64,000 bases of DNA, from positions 45,867 through 109,866 of the forward strand of contig JBHLOC010000009.1 in NCBI GenBank assembly GCA_048940925.1, written 5' to 3'. Each line of letters opens with the position of its first letter. The first letter of the stretch is position 1. Below the pieces are notes generated by a model. That model saw nothing but the letters and a program-made list of their open reading frames with translations. It made no database searches and was not told the DNA's origin. The stretch comes from Promethearchaeota archaeon. Lineage in GTDB: Archaea; Asgardarchaeota; Lokiarchaeia; Sigyniarchaeales; SOKP01. The translations under genes were made by a program, and so were the position numbers. Below, piece after piece: positions 9,243 through 20,198 of this stretch.

Positions 9243-10973
9243 TCATTTTTCTCTCAATAATTTCTTATCTACTTTACCTATGGTAGTAAGAGGCATTTCT
9301 TCAATAAATTCAATGATTTTTGGAACTTTATATTTAGCTAAATTATCTTTTGCATGTTTTAGAATATCATTTTTCGTTTCTTCTGTAGCTTCATATCCTT
9401 TCTTTAGTAATACAAATAATTTGACAACCTCAGAGCCAGGACGCTCTGGATCGGGAATTCCAACAGATGAACAGAGTTCAATTGCTGGATGTTCATTCAT
9501 TTTATCATCAACTTCTACAGAAAATACTTTAAAACCACTTACATTTATCATGTCTTTCGTTCGGTCAACAATAGTAATATAACCTTCCTCATCCATGACC
9601 CCTATATCACCACTATAGAAAAATCCATTTTGAAGAGCATTATCTGTTTCTTTAGGTTTATTCCAATATCCTTTAAATATTTGGGGACCTCTAATAGCTA
9701 TCTCTCCAGGTTCTCCTAAAGGAACTTCTTTTTCGTGATCTGCAACATCTACAATTTTTACTTCAGTATTAGGGAAAGGAATACCAACAGTTCCTATTTT
9801 CTTCTTCCCTAAATAGGGATTCATTGTAACACCTGGAGATGCTTCAGTCATACCATAAGCTTCTACAACTTTTTCTTTACCAACAACATCTTCAAATTCA
9901 TATATACTTTCAGTTGGAAATGGGGCTGCACCAGAAATATATCCTATTACTGAGCTAAGATCTAGCTTTTTAAACCTTCGATTCTTTACGAGCATCATAT
10001 AAAGTGTTGGAACATTATACATTAGTGAAACTTTCCCTTCATAATCTTTCATTTTCCCCACCATATAGTTCGTATCTCTTGGATCTGGAACTAAAATTTG
10101 CATACACCCTTGTGCAACTGTTTGTAGACAAAATTGCAGACCAGCTAAGTGAAAAAAAGGAAAACCTGAGATGTAAACATCTTTTCCTGGTTTAAGGGCA
10201 GGTTCAAACCAATGATTTACTATTTGAATTATAGATATTAAATTTTGGTGGGTTAAAATAGCTCCTTTAGGAGGACCAGTTGTTCCACCAGTATATTGAA
10301 GTAATAAGACATCTTCTGGTTCAATTTTTATATCTGGAATTGTTTCACTTGGAGATTTTTCTAATATCTCTTTAAAGTTAGCAAATTCAATTCCTTCTAT
10401 AGGCTCTACTTTTCCAAATGGGACTTTTCCTATTTTAATTAATTGTTCTTTCATTTTAGGTTCTATATCTAAAAAATCAGCAACATTAGTTGTAATAACA
10501 ATCTTCACATCAGTTTCTCCACTTATAATTGCTTGTCTAACCTTTTCTTCATAAAAAGAATCAAGTGTTAAAATTGCAACTGCGCCAGAATCTTTTAATT
10601 GATATATTATTTCATTAGGTTGTAATAGGAAATTCATACCTGACGCTGCGCATCCAGCATAGAATATTCCAAACAATGATATAATAAACTGAGGAATATT
10701 TGGCAAGTTAATAATGACTCGATCTCCTTTTTTAACTCCATTATCAATAAGAAAGTTGGCAAAACTTATAATATAGTTCTCAGTTTCTTGATAAGTTGCA
10801 CGAGTTCCCTGAAAATCATAACAAAGGCTATCAGGGTATTTTTGAACCGTTCTTCTCATCATTTCTACTAAAGAATAGATTTTGATGTCGATTTCAGGTT
10901 TTACATGCCTGTCATATGATTTTAGCCATATTTTTTCAGAGTATGGGCTGCTCTTCATCATTTTTTCTGTCAT
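9243..10973 (-). CDS. Long-chain fatty acid--CoA ligase
   Basis: LQYTGGTTGPPKG, EAYGMTE, YSGDIG, DRTKDMI, GKVDKK. Confidence 0.92.
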   Translation of the reverse strand: MTEKMMKSSPYSEKIWLKSYDRHVKPEIDIKIYSLVEMMRRTVQKYPDSLCYDFQGTRATYQETENYIISFANFLIDNGVKKGDRVIINLPNIPQFIISLFGIFYAGCAASGMNFLLQPNEIIYQLKDSGAVAILTLDSFYEEKVRQAIISGETDVKIVITTNVADFLDIEPKMKEQLIKIGKVPFGKVEPIEGIEFANFKEILEKSPSETIPDIKIEPEDVLLLQYTGGTTGPPKGAILTHQNLISIIQIVNHWFEPALKPGKDVYISGFPFFHLAGLQFCLQTVAQGCMQILVPDPRDTNYMVGKMKDYEGKVSLMYNVPTLYMMLVKNRRFKKLDLSSVIGYISGAAPFPTESIYEFEDVVGKEKVVEAYGMTEASPGVTMNPYLGKKKIGTVGIPFPNTEVKIVDVADHEKEVPLGEPGEIAIRGPQIFKGYWNKPKETDNALQNGFFYSGDIGVMDEEGYITIVDRTKDMINVSGFKVFSVEVDDKMNEHPAIELCSSVGIPDPERPGSEVVKLFVLLKKGYEATEETKNDILKHAKDNLAKYKVPKIIEFIEEMPLTTIGKVDKKLLREK

Positions 10974-11061
10974 TTTTGATCAAGATTAAAAATTTTTTTA
11001 ATTAGATTTAACTTTTTTTATTAGTATTTTTATTGTCAGATATATATTTAAACCTATTTAT

Positions 11062-11943
11062 ATGATTAAAATGGATATTTACTTTAGAAAATTAGAATTT
11101 GAGGATATTCCCGCTATTAAAGATATTAGCAAAGATATTTGGGAAGGTTGGGATTATATTCCTGGGATCATTGAACAATGGCTTAAAGATGAAAATTGTT
11201 TAAACTATGGAGCATTTATAGATGAAAACAGATCTATGATGGTCGGTTTTGGACGTATAAAAATTATTAATAATTATTTAGCTTGGTTAGAAGGAGGAAG
11301 AGTAAAGTTAGAATATCAGCGACAAGGGATTGGAAGAGAGATGATAAAATATGCATTAGATTATGCTTATAAAGTAAATGCGAAAGTGGCTCAGTTTGAT
11401 ACCTCATCAACAAACTTAGGATCGCAATCATTAGCAAAACATTTTGGATTTAAAAGAAAAAAATCTATGAATGTCTTAAATGCTGAGAAAAAAGATATTC
11501 AAATAACAGATGATTCAAACCCTGAATTTACCAAAATCTCAGCTCATAGAGCTAAATCTTTTTATAAATCATTTGATATAAGCCTTGGAGATGAGATTTG
11601 TTTTGGGTGGTCTTATACACCATTAAATTATATAACAGATAATGATGGTGAATGGTATATACATGATTCTGATGCAATAGTACAAACAATTAAATATAAA
11701 AGAACTGTTCTTCAAGAATTTCCAGGAGAAAATGAAATTTGGTTAATTGCATATGGTACTCCAAAAATAGCATTTGGACTTCTTAAAGCTGTACTTCAAA
11801 AAGAACTTCAAAATGAAGGGAGTAATTATTTTGAAGTTTTTTGTCATCCCGATATTGCAAACCTCATTGAAACAATAGGTTTTTATTATTATGAGGGAAA
11901 ACCATTCGGAGTTGTATTATTTGAAAAAGATTTAAATAAATAA
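11062..11943 (+). CDS. GNAT family N-acetyltransferase
   Basis: WLEGGRVKLEYQRQGIG acetyl-CoA motif A; NLGSQSLAKHFGF. Confidence 0.85.
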   Translation: MIKMDIYFRKLEFEDIPAIKDISKDIWEGWDYIPGIIEQWLKDENCLNYGAFIDENRSMMVGFGRIKIINNYLAWLEGGRVKLEYQRQGIGREMIKYALDYAYKVNAKVAQFDTSSTNLGSQSLAKHFGFKRKKSMNVLNAEKKDIQITDDSNPEFTKISAHRAKSFYKSFDISLGDEICFGWSYTPLNYITDNDGEWYIHDSDAIVQTIKYKRTVLQEFPGENEIWLIAYGTPKIAFGLLKAVLQKELQNEGSNYFEVFCHPDIANLIETIGFYYYEGKPFGVVLFEKDLNK

Positions 11944-11979
11944 ATCATATTTACATTTATAAAAAACTATACATAGGAG

Positions 11980-13050
11980 ATGTTAATGTCTGACGATGCC
12001 TATTTGAAACTGAGAGAATTCTTAAATCAATTTCCTCTAGGGTTTCCTGAAACACCTTCTCAAGTTGAGTTAAAAATCTTAAAAAGACTATTTACTAAAG
12101 AAGAGGCTAAAATTACTGTATTATTAACCCCAACACCTAATACTGTTTCTCAGATTGCTAAAAAGTCTGAATTAGACGAAAAACAATTAGAGGAAAGACT
12201 AGAAATTATGGCTAAAAAAGGATTAATATTTCGCATTCGACGAGATAATAAAACGTTCTTCAATGCTATTCCTTTCATGATTGGATTATATGAATATTCT
12301 GTCAAAAAAATAGATAAAGAACTTGCTAAATATTATAAAGAATATTATGACACTGCATATCAAGAAGAAATGGGCTTAAGCAATGTTCCAGGATTTAAAG
12401 TGGTTCCAATTGAGGAGGCAATTGAATATAATACTGTTCTTTTCCCATATCATAAATTGAAAGAAAGTATAAAGAATGCGAGAGTAATTTCAGTAACAGA
12501 ATGTATCTGTCGTAAAGAAGCAGAATTAAACGGGGAGGGATGTGATAATCCAATAGAAACATGTCTCAGTTTTGGAGTAGCAGCAGAATATTATATTGAA
12601 AATGGTATAGGGCGTGAAATTTCTGCGGAAGAAGCAATTAAAATTATCAAACAAGCTGATAAAGCTGGTCTAGTTCATGCTGGTGCTAACTCTAAACACC
12701 TTTCTAATATATGTAATTGTTGTCCATGTTGTTGTGCATCAATGAAAGGAATAACACAGAAGGGGCTTGATAAACATAAGTTTATGAATGCTCTGTTCGA
12801 ATCTATCGTGAATGAAGAACTATGCACATCTTGTGGAACATGCGTCGACCGATGCCCTGTTGGAGCCATAATATTAGAAGATACTGCTGTAGTTTCAAGA
12901 GAAAAATGTCTTGGATGTGGTTTATGTGCTACCACTTGCCCTGAAGAAGCTATTGTTTTACATTTAAGGGAAGACCGTGAGGAACCTTTTAATAGAGTAA
13001 TGGAGATGTCAATGGCTATGTTAGAAGGCAAAAAAAGTCATACAAAATAA
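11980..13050 (+). CDS. HTH-containing 4Fe-4S dicluster protein
   Basis: N-terminal wHTH, CICR, ICNCCPCCC and two CxxCxxCxxxCP motifs. Confidence 0.85.
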   Translation: MLMSDDAYLKLREFLNQFPLGFPETPSQVELKILKRLFTKEEAKITVLLTPTPNTVSQIAKKSELDEKQLEERLEIMAKKGLIFRIRRDNKTFFNAIPFMIGLYEYSVKKIDKELAKYYKEYYDTAYQEEMGLSNVPGFKVVPIEEAIEYNTVLFPYHKLKESIKNARVISVTECICRKEAELNGEGCDNPIETCLSFGVAAEYYIENGIGREISAEEAIKIIKQADKAGLVHAGANSKHLSNICNCCPCCCASMKGITQKGLDKHKFMNALFESIVNEELCTSCGTCVDRCPVGAIILEDTAVVSREKCLGCGLCATTCPEEAIVLHLREDREEPFNRVMEMSMAMLEGKKSHTK

Positions 13051-13242
13051 AAAATTGTTTAATAAATAAACTTCTCTGATACTCGTTTAATATTTGATCT
13101 GAAGTATTAAATTGAATCAATTCAGGTTCAAAATTAATCAAAATAAGTACATTATTTATCAATTTTACTTTGTATTTTATATTTCCAAAAGCTGCAAAAC
13201 AAATTTTAGGAATTTTAATTTTGAAAGAAAGAAATTGAAGTT

Positions 13243-14574
13243 TTATTTAAAGTTAGGTAAATATTTTTTTTGAAGTTGACTCATTTCTTTAAAAATAATT
13301 TCTGCCATCTCAAAATTTTTGCAGTTAACATCCATAGCAAGACAAGCGATAGCGAGATCTTTTGATTCGTTTAAAATAGCTTCTACACACACGTCTTGAA
13401 TAGAGGCTTCAATCCGTAATAATGCAGCAACGCTTTTAGAGATATTTCCTAATTTAACTCCATGGATACCCTCTCTATTAACATATCCTGAACATTCTAT
13501 TACGAGATCTTGAGGAAGATTATCAATAATACCTTTGTTAGAAATATTAACTGCCATTTCATATGAATTACTATCCGTAATAATTGCCTTGATAATTGGT
13601 ATCCCTCTTTCTTCTGAATGAGCGTTTAGTATTATGCCTTTTTTGGGATATCTTCCCTTTTCAAGTCTTTTATGATATTTTTTTAACCATGTGTTTACTG
13701 CTTTGTTTTCAGATTCCATTTTATCCAACCAGTCTAAGATATCTTCGATTTTAGTATATTGAGATCCAATTTGTAAATACTCACAGACATGATTATCTCC
13801 AGCATAACAAAAACAACCAGTTCTATTATAGAGCTCAAATGTTAGATCAGCAAAATGAAATCTATCCCATTTATCTTGAAAATACTCCATACACTTTGCA
13901 TTAAACTCGGGCATTAAATTTTTTCCAGTTAATAAATCTTCTAATCTGAATAGAAACCCAAAGTGGTTTAAACCACCGAGAGTTAATTTCATTTCAGTTA
14001 TTTCCTTATTTAGCATATCCGATAGATGATATTTTGTTAATAATTCAATTTGATGACAAAGCCCAACAAATTTTAATCCCGGAATGGATCTTTTAAGTGC
14101 TAAACAAATTCTTGACACGGGATTTGAATACACGATTAGAAATGCATTAGGACAATAAGTCATAATATCTTGTCCAATTCTAATATGTTCAGGAATTTGA
14201 CGAGCCGAATGGAAAAATCCTCCAGGACCCCCATTTTCTGCCATCATCTCTGTTGAACCGTGTGTCCGAGGAATTAAATTGTCTTGCCGTCGTAATAAGA
14301 ACCTATCCCCATTTTCAATTGAACAAATGATAAAATCAGCATCTTTTAAAGCACTTTTTCGATCCAGAGTTTGTTCAATATTAAATCTATATTTACTGAT
14401 TTCATTTTCTTTAAGGACAATATCATAGACTCTCTCTAACTTTTCCTTATTAATGTCATGGAGAACTATCGTAGATCCAAATAATATTTCACTCGAAAAT
14501 ATATCCATTAAAGTGACTGGTCCAAATGCAGCACTTCCAGCACCAATCAATACTATTCTTTTAGTTCTTACCAT
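13243..14574 (-). CDS. Glycoside hydrolase family 4 (alpha-galactosidase/glucosidase)
   Basis: IGAGSAAF, ENGGPGG, YSNP, GLCH, GLNH. Confidence 0.9.
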   Translation of the reverse strand: MVRTKRIVLIGAGSAAFGPVTLMDIFSSEILFGSTIVLHDINKEKLERVYDIVLKENEISKYRFNIEQTLDRKSALKDADFIICSIENGDRFLLRRQDNLIPRTHGSTEMMAENGGPGGFFHSARQIPEHIRIGQDIMTYCPNAFLIVYSNPVSRICLALKRSIPGLKFVGLCHQIELLTKYHLSDMLNKEITEMKLTLGGLNHFGFLFRLEDLLTGKNLMPEFNAKCMEYFQDKWDRFHFADLTFELYNRTGCFCYAGDNHVCEYLQIGSQYTKIEDILDWLDKMESENKAVNTWLKKYHKRLEKGRYPKKGIILNAHSEERGIPIIKAIITDSNSYEMAVNISNKGIIDNLPQDLVIECSGYVNREGIHGVKLGNISKSVAALLRIEASIQDVCVEAILNESKDLAIACLAMDVNCKNFEMAEIIFKEMSQLQKKYLPNFK

Positions 14575-14684
14575 CTACTTGACCTACAAAAAAATACTGA
14601 AAAAATTAATAATCCAATGGTATCATTCATTTTAATACATAATATTAGATTATTTTTAATAGCTTAATGAATTTTGGATGAAGT

Positions 14685-15821
14685 TTGATGAGTAAAGTTG
14701 GTATTGCGACACTCCCATTACACAGTTCTAAAGCCCCCATGTGGTTATTAAAGCGAATGGCACTTCTCGGAAAGCCAATTTTCAAAATCTTATATGACAT
14801 GGAAGGTTCAGATGGTATATTAAGAAGATTATCTGACACATATTGGTTTCAAGGTTTGGGATGTATTTTAGGCTTCGATTGGCATTCGTCGGGAGTTACA
14901 ACAGTCTTAGGTGGTGTTCTAAAACAAATTATCAATCCTCGGGATCATGGCTTAATAATCGCTGGCGGAAAAGGTAAAAATTCTACAAAAGTAAAGGAAC
15001 ATCTTCAAGACAATGCAAGGGCTCTAAGTTTTAATGATAATGATATTGAAAAATTCTGTGATATTAGTCGATTGGTAGCTAAAATTGATAATGCTGCTGT
15101 CCAAGATGGCTTTAATTTATATCATCATTTAATGATTGTCTCTGAAAAAAATTGGGGGATAATCCAGCAAGGACTTGATGTAAATATTAGAAAAGCAAGG
15201 AGGTACCACTGGTTTTCTGAAAGCTTGACTAATTTTTTAGAAAATCCTCATAAAGATATTAGTACAGAAGTAGTGAAAGATAAAACCTTAAATATGGTAT
15301 CGAGTGAAAGTAGAAAGTGTAGGAAAGTATCAATTGATTTGATTGAAGAAGGATCGAATCGAATAAAGCAATATCTTAGTAAATTGAAAAATAGAAATCA
15401 AACATCTTTAGATGACTTTATTGAAACTGAACAGAAAATTAAGAAAAGACCGATTTCTCATTTAAATATGCCTATTCCTTTTTCACTTAAATGGGAAAGT
15501 ATTGATATTGCTAAAGAATTAACCGTGAAAGATTATACAGATTTATTGAGAATTCATGGTTTAGGATCTGGGATGATTAGGGCTTTAGCACTTATATCAG
15601 AATTTATTTGGGGAGAACCCCCAAGTTGGAGGGATCCTGCCAAATACTCTTATGCTGTTGGAGGTAAGGATGGAATTCCATACTCAGTGAACCTTAAAAG
15701 GATGGAAAGATGTGCAACGATACTGGAACAAGCAATTGATCAAGCCCGTTTAAATAATAAAGAAAAATTGGATGCATTTAAAAGATTATATAAATTTAAG
15801 AATATTCAGAAGATTTTTTAA
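14685..15821 (+). CDS. DUF763 domain protein
   Basis: LPLH...APMWL, GFDWHSSGVTT, GGKG, ARRYHW, DPAKYSYAVGGKDG. Confidence 0.9.
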   Translation: MMSKVGIATLPLHSSKAPMWLLKRMALLGKPIFKILYDMEGSDGILRRLSDTYWFQGLGCILGFDWHSSGVTTVLGGVLKQIINPRDHGLIIAGGKGKNSTKVKEHLQDNARALSFNDNDIEKFCDISRLVAKIDNAAVQDGFNLYHHLMIVSEKNWGIIQQGLDVNIRKARRYHWFSESLTNFLENPHKDISTEVVKDKTLNMVSSESRKCRKVSIDLIEEGSNRIKQYLSKLKNRNQTSLDDFIETEQKIKKRPISHLNMPIPFSLKWESIDIAKELTVKDYTDLLRIHGLGSGMIRALALISEFIWGEPPSWRDPAKYSYAVGGKDGIPYSVNLKRMERCATILEQAIDQARLNNKEKLDAFKRLYKFKNIQKIF

Positions 15822-15928
15822 ACTTTACTTGTTAATTCATCGCTTCCTGTTTATTCAATGAGAACTAATTTTAGTTTTCCTTTTGTTAAAGTTTAAAAGT
15901 GCTCAGTTAATTAAGGATTTGTAAGAAT

Positions 15929-16558
15929 ATGATTAATTCAGATCAGACGATATCAGTGAATTTCATTTGTCCTTATTGCAAAGAAAGTTTTAAAAAGCAA
16001 ATAGAGTATGAGAAGAAGTCTGGTCTTTTTAATTTATTAATAAAAAATCATCCTAAAGGAGAAAATTGTCCTCCCTTTATAGCGTTTATAGATAATAATG
16101 GAAGACATAGAGGATCTCAAAAGATTGATAATGTTGAGGTAGATAATTCACAAAATGAACAATTGCTCGAAGATGCTCAAAGTAAAATTGATGAATTAGA
16201 TAAGACTGTAAGATTTTACCATTTGAAGGTACCGAGGAGAGGAGGAAGAGGATTTGAACACAAAGTTTCAAACGTGCAGGATAGAGCATTCATGAGTTCA
16301 AAATTTTATTCTCAACTTATAGAATTTTTAACTGAAACTGAGAGTATCAATACTTTTGGAACAATTAACGTTAATACTGATACTTACTTTGAAGATGGTG
16401 TATTAATTTATGGAAAGTATCTCGGAATGGCTTACACTATCTATTGGAAAGATCAAAAAACGATACAAAGCAAAAATCTTGAAGAACTAAAGGCTCATGC
16501 TAATCTAACTGTAGAAAAATTGTTAGATATTTATGATTTAATAGATTTCTTTTTTTAA
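15929..16558 (+). CDS. Hypothetical protein with N-terminal zinc-ribbon-like domain
   Basis: CPYC...C..FIAFIDNNGRHRGSQKID, the same module as in 28360..28899. Confidence 0.6.
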   Translation: MINSDQTISVNFICPYCKESFKKQIEYEKKSGLFNLLIKNHPKGENCPPFIAFIDNNGRHRGSQKIDNVEVDNSQNEQLLEDAQSKIDELDKTVRFYHLKVPRRGGRGFEHKVSNVQDRAFMSSKFYSQLIEFLTETESINTFGTINVNTDTYFEDGVLIYGKYLGMAYTIYWKDQKTIQSKNLEELKAHANLTVEKLLDIYDLIDFFF

Positions 16559-16739
16559 GAAATTTTAATAAGCAAATAAATTCCCTTAAAAATCATAAAA
16601 AATAGAAAAAAAGAATTAGTCATTTATTTTAAGATTTCCCGATGAAATTCCTTAATAAATATTTTAAAAATAAATGGAAGAATAAAGAAGAAATAAAATA
16701 ATTATTTTAAAATTATAAAAAAAAGAGAATTGAAACAAA

Positions 16740-17258
16740 TTATTGACTTTCGACACTAACTTGGTATTCTTGAGTTTTTTTGTGTCCACAATGAATACAA
16801 TAGGCAACTCCTTTCTCTGATAAGCTTTCAAGCATCGAATTAGAAAATTTATTTCCACATTCACTACAATAGCTTACGTCAGGTTGTATAATTTGTACTG
16901 TCTTTTGAATGGGAATAATTGGTTCTTCTTCTTTTTGAACTATTATAACTTGAGGTGGTTCTTGTTGTAGAGCATCTTGATTTTTATTGGGTTTAGGTTT
17001 TCCTGAAATAGCATAATATAGTGCTTCAAAAATCTTATAAAAGAGAAGACCTAATCCTTTTAAAAGATAATAAACACCTTTTAGAACATAATATATTAAG
17101 TAAGCGACTCCTTTCAAAACGTAATAGACAATTACCACAGCTAACGCTAATAACGCGAAAATACCAATTAATATAAAAATCTGACCGTATACTGGTTGAG
17201 CTAAATACCAATCAAGAATTTCTTGCCAAGGGACACCAAACACATACACATTATCCAT
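16740..17258 (-). CDS. Membrane protein with C-terminal double zinc ribbon
   Basis: N-terminal TM, YYVLKGV repeats, CSECG and CIHCG. Confidence 0.7.
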   Translation of the reverse strand: MDNVYVFGVPWQEILDWYLAQPVYGQIFILIGIFALLALAVVIVYYVLKGVAYLIYYVLKGVYYLLKGLGLLFYKIFEALYYAISGKPKPNKNQDALQQEPPQVIIVQKEEEPIIPIQKTVQIIQPDVSYCSECGNKFSNSMLESLSEKGVAYCIHCGHKKTQEYQVSVESQ

Positions 17259-17416
17259 TTGTAATCACTCCAAATTTAATTTTTTTACTTAATTAAAAGG
17301 AGATTTTAATAGAATTAAAAAAATTTGGAGTCCAATTTTTAAAGTTTAAAGATTAGAGAGTTATATTAAAATCAAAAAAATCAAAGGTGAATAGATCGAA
17401 ATAATTATAATTTAAT

Positions 17417-18838
17417 TTATAAGGATAAACCATATTCATACATAAATTTGAAGGCTTTTATTGCTTGGTTTATGGTAGTCATGATGGGAATAATTAGTTT
17501 TGATTCAGATTGTGCGGCTGCTTTACTTATAAAATCAAAAACCCATCTTGAACCAAAACAAATAATAATACAAGGTTTATTAAATTTCTCAGCAATTTGT
17601 TTTAGTGCAGTAAATTGTTCTTTAATTCCCTCTAATGAATATGAAGCCATTCTTTGGAGTGGTACTCTTGGAACCGAAAAGATGTACAATATTCCGTCGG
17701 TATTACTATCTTGGAAAATTGCCTTAATAGAGGGGATAAGTGTCTGAAACATCGAAGGACCTAAATCAATGGTTCCACCAATTGATACCCAGTTTGGGAT
17801 AACGGATTTTATTTTTTCAATCGTGCTGGTCTCTAAATCTGCAAGTTGCAAACCATGCTTTTTAATTTCATCGCACGCTAAAGCCCCTAAACTTCCTGAG
17901 CCAGTAATAATAGTAATATTTTTTCCTCGTAATAAAGGTTGTGTAGCAAAAACATGGGCAATATTAAATAATTCATAAAAGTTATCAACTCTAAAGACAT
18001 AGGGATACTGGTTAAAAAGAGCATCATAAATTCTATCATTTCCAGCAATTGAACCGGTATGGCTATTTACTGCTCTTGTTCCGATATCACTTCTCCCGTT
18101 CTTAAGTATTAATATCGGTTTGGTCATTTTCCTAAGTGTTTCTTTAAGTGCCTTACCTCTTTTTGTTCCTTCCAAATAAAGGGTTATTATTTTTGTTTGA
18201 GGATCATCATTTAAATATTCTAAAAGATCAACCTCATCAACATCAACTTTATTTCCAATTGTTATTGCTTTTGAAAACCCAATCCCTTGACTATTAGCCC
18301 AATCAATAAATACATTTCCTAATACTCCCGATTGGGCAATAACAGCAATGTTACCCTTTATTGCTTGTTCAAAATCCATGTCTGATGTTGTAAATTCATT
18401 ATGAAAATTAGTTACTCCAATACAATTCGGACCTATAATTCGAATTTTTGATTCTTTAGCAATTTTTTCGATTTCACTTTGCATTTTAACATATTTTACT
18501 GTACCTGTTTCCGCAAATCCAGCTGATTCTATAATTATTCCTTTTACCTTTTTTTCAACACAATCTTTTATGGATTGAAGTACAAATTCATTGCTAACGA
18601 TTATTATGGCTAAATCAATGCTGTCTGGTATATCTTTAACATTTTTATAAGCTTTATGATTAAAAATTGTCTCACTGTTTATATTGACTGGGTAAGTCTT
18701 AAATTTAGAATTTAGAAGGTAGGTGGTTGTGCCAGTACCAAATTTTGGTTTTTCTGATGCTCCTATTATCGCTACTGTTTTAGGATTGAAAAATATTTCC
18801 ATATCTGACGTAAATGTCAACTTCTTTCCAGATTCCAT
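17417..18838 (-). CDS. ADP-forming acyl-CoA synthetase alpha-subunit-like CoA-binding protein
   Basis: FFNPKTVAIIGAS, ESAGFAE, IIGPNCIG, QSG, GNKVD, SHTGSIAG phospho-His motif. Start placed at MESGKK. Confidence 0.85.
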   Translation of the reverse strand: MESGKKLTFTSDMEIFFNPKTVAIIGASEKPKFGTGTTTYLLNSKFKTYPVNINSETIFNHKAYKNVKDIPDSIDLAIIIVSNEFVLQSIKDCVEKKVKGIIIESAGFAETGTVKYVKMQSEIEKIAKESKIRIIGPNCIGVTNFHNEFTTSDMDFEQAIKGNIAVIAQSGVLGNVFIDWANSQGIGFSKAITIGNKVDVDEVDLLEYLNDDPQTKIITLYLEGTKRGKALKETLRKMTKPILILKNGRSDIGTRAVNSHTGSIAGNDRIYDALFNQYPYVFRVDNFYELFNIAHVFATQPLLRGKNITIITGSGSLGALACDEIKKHGLQLADLETSTIEKIKSVIPNWVSIGGTIDLGPSMFQTLIPSIKAIFQDSNTDGILYIFSVPRVPLQRMASYSLEGIKEQFTALKQIAEKFNKPCIIICFGSRWVFDFISKAAAQSESKLIIPIMTTINQAIKAFKFMYEYGLSL

Positions 18839-19042
18839 TGAATAAGATATAATAATTAAAAAAATAATCGGCATAACTTAAAGATTTAGATTAATTAGCT
18901 AGGAGCGAGCAATTGATTTGAAAAAAATTAACTTTTTAAAAAAAAATAATGTAAATTGGATAATTTTGACGATAAATGTTTTTTATTAGAGCATCTTATT
19001 AACTTTTAAGATTAACAATATAGTTAATTTCAGCCTTATATA

Positions 19043-20197
19043 ATGTATCTAACTGGATTAATCAGAAAAGAATTTGGCAGAATCAAATCAGATAAAAGGA
19101 CGTTAATTCTATTATTCATTATCCCTGTAATTTTGATTCTTGTTTTCGGTTTAACTACAGGAGGGGGACCAACAAAATTTTTTGTAGGAGCTATTATAAC
19201 TCGTGATTCCATGCCAACTTATGATGATTTTCCATCTAATTCTTCTAAATACGATAGTACCTTCATTTCAATAATGCAAAATCAAACTTCAACATGGGAT
19301 CTATATACGTATTATAATTCAACTTCTTTAGAAGAATATAATACTGCATATCACAATTGTTATGAAATTTTAAGAAGGGGTGATATTGATGTAATCATTA
19401 TTTTACCAGAAAATTTCTCAGAATCAGTCGAAAATAAAACGAATCCCGTTTTAATTTATCATATCGATGGATCTGATTTCCAAGCTATATCAGCATTTGA
19501 AATAGCTATTCAAGAACCGATCGCTTTATTTAGAACTCAAACAGATATGATAGCTAATTTTACGATTATGGTTCCTTATTTAGAATTTGATGTACCTTTT
19601 TGGGAGTCAGCTATTCTGAATTATGCAATCCCGATCATCTTACCTATAATAATTATAGGAACTACTATGAATTTAACTTCACTCTCAATAGTTTCTGAAG
19701 CACCACTCCCTCGGATGCTAATAACTCCAACTGCTAAAAGAGAGATAATTTTAAGTAAATTAATTGCAAATTCGATAATTATGTTGCTTCAATCAACTGA
19801 AATTTTTGTAATGACCGCTTTTTTTGGATTATACAGTTTAGGTTCATTGTTTTATTTCTTTTTAGTATTAATTATGATAGGGTTTAGTGGTGTTTGCATT
19901 GGATTATTTATTTCAGCCTTAAGTCCTACAGAACAAAGTGCAAATCAAATGTATTTAATTATGTTCTTAGTAATACTTCTCTTTTCAGGAAGTCTCCTTC
20001 CATTGGGTAATCCTCAGGGAGCATTACTAATTTTTATGAATCTACTCCCATTATCTAATGCTATACCAATGATAACAGATATAACTCTAAAAGGATTATC
20101 ACCAAATTTGATAAGCCTGTTTTGGCTTAACTTTAGTTCTTTGATGTATGTCACCTTAGCTTATATTATCTATATGTTTAAGAAATTGGAGGTGTGA
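19043..20197 (+). CDS. ABC-2 type exporter permease
   Basis: KEFGRIKSDKR, TM, extracytoplasmic loop, then 5 TM; LITPTAKREIILSK. Confidence 0.88.
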   Translation: MYLTGLIRKEFGRIKSDKRTLILLFIIPVILILVFGLTTGGGPTKFFVGAIITRDSMPTYDDFPSNSSKYDSTFISIMQNQTSTWDLYTYYNSTSLEEYNTAYHNCYEILRRGDIDVIIILPENFSESVENKTNPVLIYHIDGSDFQAISAFEIAIQEPIALFRTQTDMIANFTIMVPYLEFDVPFWESAILNYAIPIILPIIIIGTTMNLTSLSIVSEAPLPRMLITPTAKREIILSKLIANSIIMLLQSTEIFVMTAFFGLYSLGSLFYFFLVLIMIGFSGVCIGLFISALSPTEQSANQMYLIMFLVILLFSGSLLPLGNPQGALLIFMNLLPLSNAIPMITDITLKGLSPNLISLFWLNFSSLMYVTLAYIIYMFKKLEV

Positions 20198-20198
20198 C

